Shown: in pieces, positions 54,364-64,000 of the stretch | Layout: every line of letters starts with the position of its first letter | Position numbering within the stretch: position 1 is the stretch's first letter | Assembly (NCBI GenBank): GCA_963816185.1 | Contig: CAWFJJ010000029.1 | Span: forward strand, 96,001-160,000 | Source of the DNA: Thermoanaerobaculia bacterium | GTDB taxonomy: Bacteria; Acidobacteriota; Thermoanaerobaculia; UBA5066 | Length of the DNA: 64,000 nt | Reading direction: 5' to 3' | Made by a program: the position numbers and the translations under genes | Notes under the pieces: model-generated | What the model was told of the DNA's origin: nothing | The model's input: only the letters and a program-made list of their open reading frames with translations | Database searches by the model: none

Positions 54364-56216
54364 ACGATCTCGGGAAGAGAACGCGCGCCGCCCTCTTGCT
54401 CTCTCTCGGCGCCCTCGGCGTCTTCCTGCGGCTGGTCAAGGCCGGGGCTTGGCCGGCGGGACCTTGGATCGACGAACTCTACTTTCTCCGCGCCGCTCGC
54501 CTTGCGGCCGGCGAGGGCCTGAGATCGCTCTTCGGCACGACGCCGATGCAGCCGCCGGACTTTCTCTTTTCGAACGGCTGGCGCTACTACCCGAGCAACC
54601 TTTTTCTCTTGCCGCTGGCGGCCGCCGACCGGCTCGCCGGCGGGGGCATGGCCTCGGTCCGGCTCATTGCGCTCGGCTCCGGAATCCTCCTGTTCCTCGC
54701 GTCCCTCGCTCTCGCGGCCGAGGCCACGCGCGAACGGCCCCGCGCGCTCCTGCCGGCGGCCGTCCTCCTCGCGACGTCGCTCTGGCTTCTGACGCAGGCG
54801 AGATGGGCGTGTGACGTCGTCCTCTCGGCGGCGGTCGTGACGGCCGCCGCCGCGGCAGGCTTGAGGGCCTGGCGGCGCTCCTCGCCCGCGTGGGCGATCG
54901 TGTCCGGCGCGCTGCTCGGGCTCGGGGCGGCGGGATACCCTGCGGCGCGGCTCGCTCTCGCGCTGCCTCTGGCCGTCTTCGTCGCCGCCTGGGCTGCGGA
55001 ACATCGCGTCGCGCGCCGCCTGGCGCTCGTCGCCCTTCTCGCCGAGCTCGTCGTCATCGCGCCCCTCGCGCTCCATTACGCGCGGCAGCCGGAGCGCCTG
55101 ACGGCGCACGTGAAGGATCTCTCGATCCTCTCCAGGCCCGCAGGGGAAGCGGGGCAGGCCTTTCTTGCGAACGTCCGCGACTACGCAGCGCTGTTCTTCG
55201 TCCATGGGGATGTCCTCCCCCGGCACGGCGACCCGGATCGTCCCGTCGTCCTCGCGGGGGTCGGGGCCCTCCTCGTGGTCGGCGCCGCGGTGGGCCTAGC
55301 GCGCGCCGGCGTCGAACGGCTCTTCCTTCTCCCCATCACGGTTTTCCTGGCGGGTGGACTCCTCGCGCGCGATACCCAGAGCGCGAATGCGAACCGGGTC
55401 TCCCTCGCGGCCCCGTTCGTCCTCACCCTCGCAGCCCTCGGCGCCGCCGCCCTCGTGGACTCGCTCCCGGCGCGCGCCCGGCGTGCCGGGGACGCGGCCC
55501 TTCTCGGTCTCGTCCTCGTGACGGGCCTCCTCGACGTCTCGGGCTTCGTCCGCTGGGCCACGGGGCCGCACGTTGTGAACAGCTTCGGCATCGCGGAGCG
55601 GCGCCTCGTCGACGCGATCGAGATGGAGCGGCGCCGGTCCGACGCCGAGATCCTCGTGCACCCGGTTCGTGCCGCCCGAAACGTCTACTTCGTCGACGTT
55701 CTTCTCGGCCGGCCAGGCGACGGCGGGCGGCATGCGGTCAGGATCGGGACCGCGGGCGTCGAGACGAACTGGACGCGCGTGCCCGAAGCCGACGTCCTCT
55801 TCGCGGCGGACGAATCGTCGGCGGTGCGAAGCGCCATGCAGAGCCTTCACGCCACGCTCGTCACGCACGCGGATCCGGAGGACGGCGGGCTCCCGTGGGC
55901 TCTCTACCGGATCCCGCGCGAGGCCGCCGTAATCGCAGCCGAGCGTGCTCTCGACGGGGCGGTGAAGGTGTCCGCGCCGGGCGGAAACTTCCTCGCGCCC
56001 GAGGAAGGCCTCTATGTCTTCGTGACGCGAGGCGGAATGCGGGTGGCCTTCGATGGCCGCGCGCTCTTCGACGGGAACGCTGGAGGCTACGTCGCGCTGC
56101 GCCTCGCGAAGGGCCGGCACCTCCTCGCCGCAGAACGGCGCCGACCTTCGGCTGGCCTTCAGGTCGTGGCCCCGGACGGCTTCGCCCTCCCGATGGGCAA
56201 CTTGGATCCGCCGTAA
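54360..56216 (+). CDS. GT-C fold (PMT/ArnT-like) membrane glycosyltransferase with C-terminal soluble beta domain
   Basis: DE motif (WIDE) after first TM, about 11-12 TM helices, YPAAR, GD..PRH; PA14-like tail. Confidence 0.65.
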   Translation: MNDLGKRTRAALLLSLGALGVFLRLVKAGAWPAGPWIDELYFLRAARLAAGEGLRSLFGTTPMQPPDFLFSNGWRYYPSNLFLLPLAAADRLAGGGMASVRLIALGSGILLFLASLALAAEATRERPRALLPAAVLLATSLWLLTQARWACDVVLSAAVVTAAAAAGLRAWRRSSPAWAIVSGALLGLGAAGYPAARLALALPLAVFVAAWAAEHRVARRLALVALLAELVVIAPLALHYARQPERLTAHVKDLSILSRPAGEAGQAFLANVRDYAALFFVHGDVLPRHGDPDRPVVLAGVGALLVVGAAVGLARAGVERLFLLPITVFLAGGLLARDTQSANANRVSLAAPFVLTLAALGAAALVDSLPARARRAGDAALLGLVLVTGLLDVSGFVRWATGPHVVNSFGIAERRLVDAIEMERRRSDAEILVHPVRAARNVYFVDVLLGRPGDGGRHAVRIGTAGVETNWTRVPEADVLFAADESSAVRSAMQSLHATLVTHADPEDGGLPWALYRIPREAAVIAAERALDGAVKVSAPGGNFLAPEEGLYVFVTRGGMRVAFDGRALFDGNAGGYVALRLAKGRHLLAAERRRPSAGLQVVAPDGFALPMGNLDPP

Positions 56217-56223
56217 GCCGCCA

Positions 56224-56287
56224 CGACGAGCGGTTCACGGAGTCTGCGAGCGTCCCGGGGGCGTCGAAGTTCGAGGCGCCGGAGCCG
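56224..56287 (+). repeat. 64-bp degenerate direct repeat, copy B
   Basis: Encodes DERFTESASVPGASKFEA vs DERFTESASVPIVSTFEA in copy A. Confidence 0.85.
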
Positions 56288-58322
56288 TACGCGCTTCACC
56301 CGCGACGCCGATCTCGACGCCTCGCGCCGCATCGAAGATGTGCGCGCCGGGTGAAGGCTCGTCGTCAAGCCGGAGTGTCAGGCCCCCCGCACCGACCAGC
56401 GGGATCCGTAGGACGCTGGCGGTGGAGACGGAGCCATTCCGGATTCGAACGGCCAAGGCGGCCGACCGGAGGCGGAATGTCAATCGGCCCGGGGAGCCGG
56501 GAAGGAATGCCGAAGCACCGTCGAAGCGTAAGTGCCGGAGGGCGAGCGGATCGACGAGGAGAGGAGAGCGCGGAGGAGGAAGAAGCAGGATACGGTCTCC
56601 TCGTTCGACCTGCCGGACCGCGGCGGAGGCTCGGATGGCGGCGCACGCATCGAGAGCCTCCTGGCGGCGACCTGGAGGCAGGGAGGCGAGATCGACTTCG
56701 ATGGCCGCGGCGCCGAGCTCGCGGTAGATCGCGAGCGTCTCGGCGGCGGGTCGCGTCTTGCTGACCCCGTCGAGCCAGAGGTGAATCGGGGTCGGGAAGG
56801 ACTGAAAACCGTTGAGCACGCGACGATGGTGAAAAAGCTGCTCGACCCAGGCGCGCTCGGAGGTCGCGCGCTCGAAAGGGTAGACGGCGACGATGGAGTC
56901 GCGACCGAGGGAAAGAATGACGTCTTGAAACGGCGACGGACCCGGAAGAGCCGAGGCTGCGATCGGCCGCGGCCAGACGTCGATCGCGAGCAGAAGGACC
57001 AACAGCGCAACGACGCTTCGTCCGAAACGAACCGCATCGAAATGCCGGGCGGCGGCCGCGAGGGAGACGACCGTGCAGGACGCGATGGCGAGGCCGAACC
57101 ATTGATCCCAGCGAAAGAGGCCACGCATCGAGGAGAGGACTGGAACGTTCATGAGAAGGCGCCAGGGGCCCGGAAAGAGAGGACGGCCGAGAACGTGAAA
57201 CGTGGGGCCGAGCGCGAAGAGGAACGTCACGCCCGCAACGACCGCCCAGAGACCAAGGTCGGTTTCGGGTCGGTCAGGGTCGAGCCGCCGGACGACCGGG
57301 CGGTGCAAACGAGGTAGGAGAAACCAGAGCCCCAGCGCCGCGAGCGTAAACAGCCCGGGAAAGAATCCCGGCGCACCTGGCGGAAAGCCCGGAAGGAGCC
57401 GGTCGAGGGCGGCCTTGAGGGGCACGGAGAACCCGGAGTGATGGAAGAGGGAAAGGAGGTCCGCCGACTGCCCCGCGAAGGTGCGCATCGAGACGTTCAC
57501 GTCGAAGTCGCGGCCGACCTCGAACAGCGGGCGGTTGAAGAGAATCAGCGGAACTGCCGCGAGGGACCCGGCCACCAGAAGGAGAGGAAGACGGCGGCGG
57601 CGCTCGGGCCGGGAAACGGCGCACGAGACGAGTACGAGGGCCGCGGTGATGGATCCCATGACCAAGCCGTAGAGACTTCCCATTCCCACGGCGACCCAGG
57701 TTGCACCGAAGAGGAGGGCGTCGAGCCAGCGGCCGCGTGTCAGGACATCGAGGCCGAAGGAGATCGCAAGAGGGACGAGCCCCGCCCAGAGAACCGTGAG
57801 AATCCCGATGCTGTTCAGCCTCGCCGGCGACCATGCGTAAAGAAACGCTCCGAGCAGGGCGGGCCAGCCGGGTCCCGCGATGCGGAGGAAAAGCGCGCCC
57901 GAAGACCAAAACGCAAGCATGCAGGCGAGCGCGTAGGCCACGTTGTACCCGGCGGCGAGCGAGCCGGTGGCACGCGCCCACGGGTAACCGACGAGGGCCT
58001 CGGCGAGATAGCCCTCCGAAAGTCCCCAGGAGTCGGGATAGGGCGCGAAAACGCGGTCGTCGCGGTTCCACGCCTCGCCGCGGTCGAACCGGCTCCAGGC
58101 CCGCCCGAGGACCGAAGCCGCAATCGCGGAGTCGCCCAACCTGCAGTCGCGCTGCGGCGGTCCGCAGGGGACGAGCGTCAGGGGATGCCGGGCCACGTCG
58201 GCGAGGAACGGGAAAGGTGCCAGGAAGCCGAGAACTAGAAGAAGCGCGCGAAATGAGCGGGGCGAAAGGGAAAGCGGATCCTTCGCGGGCCGAGGTGTCG
58301 GAGCGACGGCGGCGTCACTCAT
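56235..58322 (-). CDS. Polytopic membrane protein, YfhO/GT-C-like
   Basis: VFAPY, AYN-like AGYN, AFLYAWSP.R, SADL, FPG, FALGP, LNGFQSF motifs. Confidence 0.6.
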   Translation of the reverse strand: MSDAAVAPTPRPAKDPLSLSPRSFRALLLVLGFLAPFPFLADVARHPLTLVPCGPPQRDCRLGDSAIAASVLGRAWSRFDRGEAWNRDDRVFAPYPDSWGLSEGYLAEALVGYPWARATGSLAAGYNVAYALACMLAFWSSGALFLRIAGPGWPALLGAFLYAWSPARLNSIGILTVLWAGLVPLAISFGLDVLTRGRWLDALLFGATWVAVGMGSLYGLVMGSITAALVLVSCAVSRPERRRRLPLLLVAGSLAAVPLILFNRPLFEVGRDFDVNVSMRTFAGQSADLLSLFHHSGFSVPLKAALDRLLPGFPPGAPGFFPGLFTLAALGLWFLLPRLHRPVVRRLDPDRPETDLGLWAVVAGVTFLFALGPTFHVLGRPLFPGPWRLLMNVPVLSSMRGLFRWDQWFGLAIASCTVVSLAAAARHFDAVRFGRSVVALLVLLLAIDVWPRPIAASALPGPSPFQDVILSLGRDSIVAVYPFERATSERAWVEQLFHHRRVLNGFQSFPTPIHLWLDGVSKTRPAAETLAIYRELGAAAIEVDLASLPPGRRQEALDACAAIRASAAVRQVERGDRILLLPPPRSPLLVDPLALRHLRFDGASAFLPGSPGRLTFRLRSAALAVRIRNGSVSTASVLRIPLVGAGGLTLRLDDEPSPGAHIFDAARGVEIGVAGEARTAPAPRTSTPPGRSQTP

Positions 58323-58329
58323 CTCCCAC

Positions 58330-59298
58330 TCATTCTTTCGGTGCCTCCTTCGGTGCCGCGAACCGCGAGGGGGGGCCGAGGGCGCCGAGGAGCGCCTCCT
58401 GGAACGCGGCCGGCGTCTCGAGCGGTCCGTCGTGTCCCGCGCCGGCGAGAACGACGAGGCGCGCGCCGCGCATTTTCGCGGCCGCCTCTCGGGCGATGGA
58501 GATCGGAAACAGCGTCTCGCGCTCTCCCCAGATCAGCGTCGTTCCTTCCGGCAGCTCGCCGAGGTGTTCGTAAAGGCCGTCGGCCTCGGTGAGATGGGCG
58601 ACCGTCAAGGCCGCCGTCCCCCCGCCGTAGTTCCGGCCGAACGCATCGAGAACGAAGCCCAGGGCCGGGGCAGGTTTGCGAAAAAAAAGAAGGCCGAAAA
58701 TTCGACCGGCTCCCGCACGGTCTCGAGGCAAGACGCGCGCACGCTCGGCTTCCGCGTCCGACGAGAGAGACAGGCCCGCCGCGTCCACAAGGACGAGCCG
58801 GCCCGTTTTCCACGGAAACTTCAGCGCGTACCACCCTGCCGTCCAGCCGCCGAGCGAGTGACCGACGAGATCCGCCTTTTCGAGCCCGAGCGCACGCGAG
58901 AGAGCATCGAGTGCCGCGAGGCGGCCCGGAAGGCCGTAGCCTGAGGTGTCCCGAGGCGGATCGCTTTTCCCAGAGCCAGGCGCGTCGGGCAGGATCACGG
59001 TACGGCCGCGCCGGGCGAGAAAGCGCGCGGTGTCCGTCCAGTAAGTCGCGTCGGCGCCGAGGCCGTGCAGCAGGACGACCGGCCGCTCCGCCGAGAGCGG
59101 TCCCAGGATGAATGCCGACAGAGTGGTTCCATCGTCGGCCGCAAAGACCTCGCGCCGCGCGCCGGCGAAATCGAGACGGGTCTCCTGGATCGATCGATAG
59201 ACGGGCAGCGGATCCACGGCGACGGCGCCGAAGAGGAAGCAGAAGGAAAAGGCAATTGCCCCCAGGACGGCAAGGCGAAGCGACCGCCGCGAACTCAT
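58330..59298 (-). CDS. Alpha/beta-fold hydrolase with N-terminal TM/signal
   Basis: LLHGLG, PDAPGSGKS, GHSLGG, LIWGE, GAGH. Confidence 0.88.
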   Translation of the reverse strand: MSSRRSLRLAVLGAIAFSFCFLFGAVAVDPLPVYRSIQETRLDFAGARREVFAADDGTTLSAFILGPLSAERPVVLLHGLGADATYWTDTARFLARRGRTVILPDAPGSGKSDPPRDTSGYGLPGRLAALDALSRALGLEKADLVGHSLGGWTAGWYALKFPWKTGRLVLVDAAGLSLSSDAEAERARVLPRDRAGAGRIFGLLFFRKPAPALGFVLDAFGRNYGGGTAALTVAHLTEADGLYEHLGELPEGTTLIWGERETLFPISIAREAAAKMRGARLVVLAGAGHDGPLETPAAFQEALLGALGPPSRFAAPKEAPKE

Positions 59299-59358
59299 CG
59301 CAAACCGGACGGTAGCAATTTTCTTAGAAGGGTGTTTGCCGAGAGCACGTTTTGCAGC

Positions 59359-59399
59359 TATCGGCGGCTGCAGCAGCAGCCGCCGCATATGAGCAGAAA
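59359..59399. repeat. Palindromic dispersed repeat (second copy)
   Basis: Hairpin CGGCGGCTGC-AGCA-GCAGCCGCCG 59362-59385; 35/41 match to reverse complement of 26020-26060. Confidence 0.65.
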
Positions 59400-59421
59400 A
59401 TCCGCGTTCTCTTCGGACCTC

Positions 59422-61557
59422 TCAATACGAGACGAGGTCGCGGAGCGCCGCGAGGATGTCGCCGCTCTGCGGGAGCGTCGCGTCTTCGAGCTGCGGCGCG
59501 TAGCCGCAGAACGCGTCCTTCGCGGCGACGCGGCGCACCGGCGCGTCGAGCCACGCGAAGAGCTCGTCGGCGGCGCGCGCGGCGATCTCGGCGCCGAAGC
59601 CGTGCGTCCGCCAGTCCTCGTGGACGACGAGGAGCCGGCTGGTCCGCTTCACGCTCTCGGCCACGGCCGCAAAATCGTAAGGAGCGAGCGAGCGCAGGTC
59701 GAGGACCTCCGCCTCGCGGCCGTCCTCTTCCGAGAGTCGGGCCGCGGCGACCGCGCTGCGAAAGACCGTCGCGCCGTACGTCACGATCGTGACGTCCGAC
59801 CCGGGCCGCACGGTACGCGCCTTGCCGAACGGGATCATGAAATCGGGCCCCGGATAGCGGCCTTTGTTGTGAGTCTGGCGGTAGAGGTGCTTGTGCTCGA
59901 GAAAGAGCACAGGATCGTCGCAGCGGATCGCCGTTCGGAGGAGGCCGTTCGCGTCGAGGGCGTTCGACGGCATGACGACGCGGAGACCCGGGATGTGCGT
60001 GAACGTCACCTCGCCCGATTGCGAGTGGTACGGCCCGCCGCCGGTGAGATAGCCGCCGATCGCGACCCGGATGACGACCGGAGCACGGAACGCTCCGCCC
60101 GAGCGCCAGCGGGTCGTCGCGAGCTCGTCGCGAAGCTGCTGCATCGCGGGCCAGATGTAGTCGAAGAACTGGACCTCGACGACGGGCCTCAGCCCGCGCG
60201 CCGCCCAGCCGACGGCGCGCCCCACGATGCCGGCCTCGGCGAGCGGGGAATTGAAGACGCGCGCGGGCCCGAATTCCTTCTGAAGGCCGCCCGTCACCTT
60301 GAAGACGCCGCCCTTTCCCTTGCACTCGCCCAGCACGTCGGCGCGACTCGCGTCCGCCACGTCCTCGCCCCAGATCGCGATGCGCCCATCGCGGGCCATC
60401 TCGTCGCGGAGCGCGGCGTTGATGAGATCGACCATCGTCGTCGGCTCTCCCGTGAAAGCGGGAGCCGCTTCCGTGTCGAAGGCCGCCGAGGTCGGGTCGA
60501 CGTCGGGCGAGTAGATGTTCGCCAAGACTGTTTCGGGTGCCGGCTGGGGCCGCGTGCCGGCATCCTCCGCGGCGGCGCCAACCTCGGCGGCCACGTCTTC
60601 GCGCAGCTTCGCGAGATCCTCGGCCGTGGCGAGCCCGGCCCCCTCGAGGAAAGCCGCGAACAGCGCGAGAGGGTCTCGGTCGAGGTCCTTCTTGCGCTCG
60701 GCCTCGGGCCGGTAGAGCTTCTCGTCGTCCGAGAGGGAGTGGGAATAGGGGCGGATGACGTGCGCATGGACGAGGGACGGCCCTTTCCGCTCGCGCGCGA
60801 AGGCGAACGCGTAACGCAGCGCGTCGAAGGAGGCCAGGAAGTCGCACCCGTCGGTCTCGGCGATGAAGAGGCCGGGATACGACCGCACGAGCTTCGAGAT
60901 GGAGCCGCCCGGCGTCTGCACCTCAACCGGCACCGAGATCGCATAGCCGTTGTCCTCCACGACGAAGACCACAGGAAGCTTCAGCGTGCTCGCAGAATTC
61001 AGCGCCTCCCAGAACTCGCCTTCCGAGGTGGCGCCCTCTCCGATCGTGACGACGACGACTTCGTCGGCCGCCGCGTGCGCGATCGCGCCGGCGAGGCCGG
61101 ACGCCTCCCCGCGCAGAAGATAGCGGCCGGCCTCCGCAGCCCCGACGCCGGGCAGGCACTCGGTGCTCGTGGGTGAAGAGGTCGTGAAGATGCGCAGCGC
61201 AGCCGCGCCCCAGTGCGAGGGCATCTGCCGCCCCCCCGACGCCGGATCCTCCGCGGCGCCGAAGGCCTGCAGAAACATGTCCCGGGGCGTCACCCCGAGG
61301 CCGAGGCAGACCGCGCGGTCGCGATAGTACGGGAAGAGCCAGTCCGACCCCTTCCGCATGTGGAACGCGATCGCGGTCTGGACGGCCTCGTGCCCGGCGC
61401 CGCTGATCTGGAAGAAGATCCTGTTCTGGCGCTTGAGCTGGATCTCCTTGTCGTCGATCCGGCGGGCGGTGACCATGTTCCGGTACACCCGGAGAAGGTC
61501 GTCGCGCGAAAGCCCTTCGTACGAATCCGCTTTCGGCGGCGCGATTTCCGTCGCCAT
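59422..61557 (-). CDS. 2-oxo-acid (probably branched-chain) dehydrogenase E1, fused alpha+beta
   Basis: [26 protein letters not shown]...N TPP motif, GEDV, NSPLAE, HSQS, FLEHK. Confidence 0.92.
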   Translation of the reverse strand: MATEIAPPKADSYEGLSRDDLLRVYRNMVTARRIDDKEIQLKRQNRIFFQISGAGHEAVQTAIAFHMRKGSDWLFPYYRDRAVCLGLGVTPRDMFLQAFGAAEDPASGGRQMPSHWGAAALRIFTTSSPTSTECLPGVGAAEAGRYLLRGEASGLAGAIAHAAADEVVVVTIGEGATSEGEFWEALNSASTLKLPVVFVVEDNGYAISVPVEVQTPGGSISKLVRSYPGLFIAETDGCDFLASFDALRYAFAFARERKGPSLVHAHVIRPYSHSLSDDEKLYRPEAERKKDLDRDPLALFAAFLEGAGLATAEDLAKLREDVAAEVGAAAEDAGTRPQPAPETVLANIYSPDVDPTSAAFDTEAAPAFTGEPTTMVDLINAALRDEMARDGRIAIWGEDVADASRADVLGECKGKGGVFKVTGGLQKEFGPARVFNSPLAEAGIVGRAVGWAARGLRPVVEVQFFDYIWPAMQQLRDELATTRWRSGGAFRAPVVIRVAIGGYLTGGGPYHSQSGEVTFTHIPGLRVVMPSNALDANGLLRTAIRCDDPVLFLEHKHLYRQTHNKGRYPGPDFMIPFGKARTVRPGSDVTIVTYGATVFRSAVAAARLSEEDGREAEVLDLRSLAPYDFAAVAESVKRTSRLLVVHEDWRTHGFGAEIAARAADELFAWLDAPVRRVAAKDAFCGYAPQLEDATLPQSGDILAALRDLVSY

Positions 61558-61602
61558 CGCAGCGGAGATTACCGGAAAAAGGCCGCGTCCGAGGCGGGCT
61601 CG

Positions 61603-62613
61603 TTACGCGGCCGGGTGAGCGGCGGCCTCGGGGGCGTCCGGGGTGCCGGGTGACGCGGGCGCGTGCCAGTCCGAGTGCGGCGCGCGGTTCTCGACGATCC
61701 ACCCCTTGAGGAGCTCGCGATACGTGCGCGCCGGAATGCGCTCCTCTTTGAAGAAAGGCTCGAGCGCCGTGCTCAGCGCGGGCAGGTGGTAGAAGGGCAC
61801 GGCGGGAAAGTAGTGGTGCTCGAGATGCAGGTGCGACCAGAGAAAGACGAACTCCCAGAACGTCGAGCGCGCCATTCGCGTGCCCCACTTCGCGGGCTCT
61901 GAGGGCACGATGTCGTAATGCTGCCCGAGGCGGTTGAGGGCGAACGCGGGAGGGAAGACGAAGAATACCGGTACGGCATAGAGCCACAGGAGGCGCGAGG
62001 CCCCGCCGAACAGGCCGATCAGAGACGCGGCGAGAACGTGCAGACCGATGGCCGCGAGGCGCTCGCCGCGGATTCTCCGCTGGAGCGTCTCGGGATACGT
62101 GGCGGTTTCGGCCCGGGCGGCGCGGAAGTAGATGGGAAAGAGGGCGGGGGTCGCGTAAAGCAGCTTCAGCCAGCGCACGTTCTTTTTCGGCGAGAGGTGC
62201 GCGCGCTTTGGGTCGTCCGCCGTCGAGCCGAGCTCGGCGTGGTGATCGAGGTGCCAGCGCGTGAACTGCGCGGGCGAGATGCCGGAGGGAAGGGCGTAGG
62301 CGAGGCCGAGGAGGCGATAGGCGCGCGGCCGGTCGCCGTCGAAGACGGCCTTGTGGACGACCTCGTGAAGGAGAACCGTCCCGTCGAAGATCACGAAGCC
62401 GAGGACGAGCGCGCAAGGCACGCGCACCCAGAAGCTCTCGAAGTGCCAGCCGAGGGCGAAGGCTGCGGCGAAGAGAACGAGCTGGCGGAGTGCGACCGCG
62501 AAATGCCGCGCGGGGCTCTTCCGATGCAGCGTCTTCAGGACATCGTGCGGCACGGCGGCCGTCAGCCGCTGTCTGAGGTCGCCGATCGCCCGCCAGTACG
62601 AGCCGCTCTTCAT
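61603..62613 (-). CDS. Membrane fatty-acid desaturase family protein
   Basis: His boxes HEVVH, HLDHH, HLEHH. Confidence 0.88.
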   Translation of the reverse strand: MKSGSYWRAIGDLRQRLTAAVPHDVLKTLHRKSPARHFAVALRQLVLFAAAFALGWHFESFWVRVPCALVLGFVIFDGTVLLHEVVHKAVFDGDRPRAYRLLGLAYALPSGISPAQFTRWHLDHHAELGSTADDPKRAHLSPKKNVRWLKLLYATPALFPIYFRAARAETATYPETLQRRIRGERLAAIGLHVLAASLIGLFGGASRLLWLYAVPVFFVFPPAFALNRLGQHYDIVPSEPAKWGTRMARSTFWEFVFLWSHLHLEHHYFPAVPFYHLPALSTALEPFFKEERIPARTYRELLKGWIVENRAPHSDWHAPASPGTPDAPEAAAHPAA

Positions 62614-62640
62614 ACGGAAAAAGGATACCGCGCCGTGCGC

Positions 62641-62796
62641 TTAGGGCTCGATCCGTTGAGTGCAGGCGCAGGCGTTCGCCTTGCCGCCGACGCGATCGAC
62701 GCGGGGAGCCTTTGCGAGAGCCCGCGTCAGGCCGAGGAGGAGGATGACGGTCAGGGCCCCCAGAGCGAAGAGCAGCGGCCGGCGGATGCGGGTCAC
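62641..62796 (-). CDS. 51-aa hypothetical membrane peptide
   Basis: GTG start overlaps the cytochrome stop; basic N-terminus, hydrophobic helix, C-terminal CAC. Confidence 0.4.
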   Translation of the reverse strand: MTRIRRPLLFALGALTVILLLGLTRALAKAPRVDRVGGKANACACTQRIEP

Positions 62797-64000
62797 GGGC
62801 CGATCCTCACGGAGGTCACGTGCCCGTCGGGACCGATCCGGCTCGCCCGCTGCTTGGCGAAGTCTGCAAGATGAAGGACCGGCCGCTCGGCCGGCGAGAG
62901 CGAGAGCACATGGGCCACGATGGCCCACCGGTCCGCCTCGCTCTCAATGGCCGGGCCGTAAGAGGGCATGGGCGTTCCGTTCAGGCCGCCGACCATCGTT
63001 CGGTAGATGTCGGCCGGCTCTTGCCCGTTCTTGAAGGTCCACTTGTAGGTCAGGTTCGTCGCCTGGATCGGCTGCCCCCAGTCGTCCGTCAGCGTCGCGG
63101 CGGACGGACCGTCGCCCCGCCCCGTGTCGCCGTGACACTTGCCGCACTGGAGCTTCTTCCAGATCACGGCCCCGCGCTGCGCGAGGGAAGGGAGATCGGC
63201 GGGCTGCTGGCTGACCGGAAGGGCCGCGGGCGCCTTGTTCGCCGCCCAGGCCTCCGCGAAACGGGACGAGAAGACGACGAGATAGCGGGAGACGTCGTGG
63301 ATCTGCTCCGGCGTCAGGAACTGTCGCCACGCCGGCATCGTCGTCGAAGGCACGCCGATCCCGACGATCCGCTCGACATCTCCGATCGTCGGGAAGTCGC
63401 CGCTTTGCGTGGACCTGAACTTGTAGATGCCTTTGCGGAAATCCCGTGGCTTGACGTCGAACCCTGCCGCGAGGAACCCGGCCCCGTCCCCCTGAATGCC
63501 GTGGCAGGGAGTGCACTGGGCGAGGTAAACGACCTGGCCGCGCTTCATGGCCTCCGCCTCGCGCAGGCCGTCCGGGACCGGAATGGAAGGCGGAGACGGG
63601 TCATACCGCTTCGCCTCCGCCACGCCGGGCTGAGGCCCCCGGTCCGTCACATACCCGACCCGGGCCAGAGGCTCGGCGGGCGGATTCTGCCGGGCCCAGT
63701 TGCCTCGCGAGGCGAAGCCGGGCCCGAAACGGTCGTACATCTGGAAGAAGTCGACGGCCCGGCAGTCCGTGACGACCTCCCGCACCTCGTGGTAATAGCG
63801 CTCGTAGCTGTAGCTGAATGCGACCCCCTGGCCGGCGAGCATATGGAGCTTGCGAGCCGCGGTGTCGACGGTCCCCTCCTGGTGAAAGACGTACCGGTAG
63901 AGCGGGCTCGCGGCGCCCCCCTCGTACTCGAGAAAATCGATCCAGGCCTTCGGCGAGACCGGGTCGATCTCCGTGAGGCGGTCCTTGACGTTGACTCCGT
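62793..64000 (-). CDS. c-type cytochrome with two heme motifs and an unidentified N-terminal region; 5' end outside the window
   Basis: CTPCH and CGKCH, PRDF, TTMPAW, GTPMPS; frame has no stop from 63842 to the window edge. Confidence 0.85.
   Translation of the reverse strand, partial: GVNVKDRLTEIDPVSPKAWIDFLEYEGGAASPLYRYVFHQEGTVDTAARKLHMLAGQGVAFSYSYERYYHEVREVVTDCRAVDFFQMYDRFGPGFASRGNWARQNPPAEPLARVGYVTDRGPQPGVAEAKRYDPSPPSIPVPDGLREAEAMKRGQVVYLAQCTPCHGIQGDGAGFLAAGFDVKPRDFRKGIYKFRSTQSGDFPTIGDVERIVGIGVPSTTMPAWRQFLTPEQIHDVSRYLVVFSSRFAEAWAANKAPAALPVSQQPADLPSLAQRGAVIWKKLQCGKCHGDTGRGDGPSAATLTDDWGQPIQATNLTYKWTFKNGQEPADIYRTMVGGLNGTPMPSYGPAIESEADRWAIVAHVLSLSPAERPVLHLADFAKQRASRIGPDGHVTSVRIGP

Noticed and set aside
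58681-58688. A8 tract as phase-variation switch in the hydrolase gene
   Set aside because: Short tract, gene is in frame, and it simply encodes Leu-Phe-Phe

Overview
High-GC bacterial chromosome segment spanning the replication-origin region. Gene order, the DnaA KHHTT motif and the split atp operon suggest Acidobacteriota, possibly Thermoanaerobaculia (inference, not checked by search). Most of the window is housekeeping: gyrA-gyrB-recF-dnaN-[oriC]-dnaA / rpmH-rnpA-yidD-yidC-mnmE-mnmG-rsmG-[parS]-parA-parB-bactofilin, atpF'FHAGDC, PLP synthesis (MocR regulator-pdxS-pdxT), a methyltransferase-bshC-bshB1-bshA bacillithiol operon, pgk-tpiA-secG-tRNA-Leu, mtnA-tsaD-lepA-lepB, pyrKDF, envelope and lipid genes. 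I saw no phage, transposase, integrase or CRISPR. The main unexplained signals are: (1) a candidate sigma54-driven ~90-nt sRNA with two anti-Shine-Dalgarno motifs after atpC; (2) an intact transaldolase-family gene whose active site is almost wholly replaced, coupled to a DUF507-like gene; (3) a 415-bp direct repeat enclosing 523 bp of compositionally foreign DNA, probably an assembly artefact; (4) a perfect parS sitting on the rsmG stop/parA start; (5) a GT-C gene bracketed by a 64-bp degenerate direct repeat; (6) a Get3d-like ATPase next to a small protein ending in an IxV motif; (7) a candidate N-methyl-bacillithiol methyltransferase; (8) many apparently leaderless genes; (9) a dispersed palindromic repeat family. 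All family calls come from motif recognition by eye; no database search was run.
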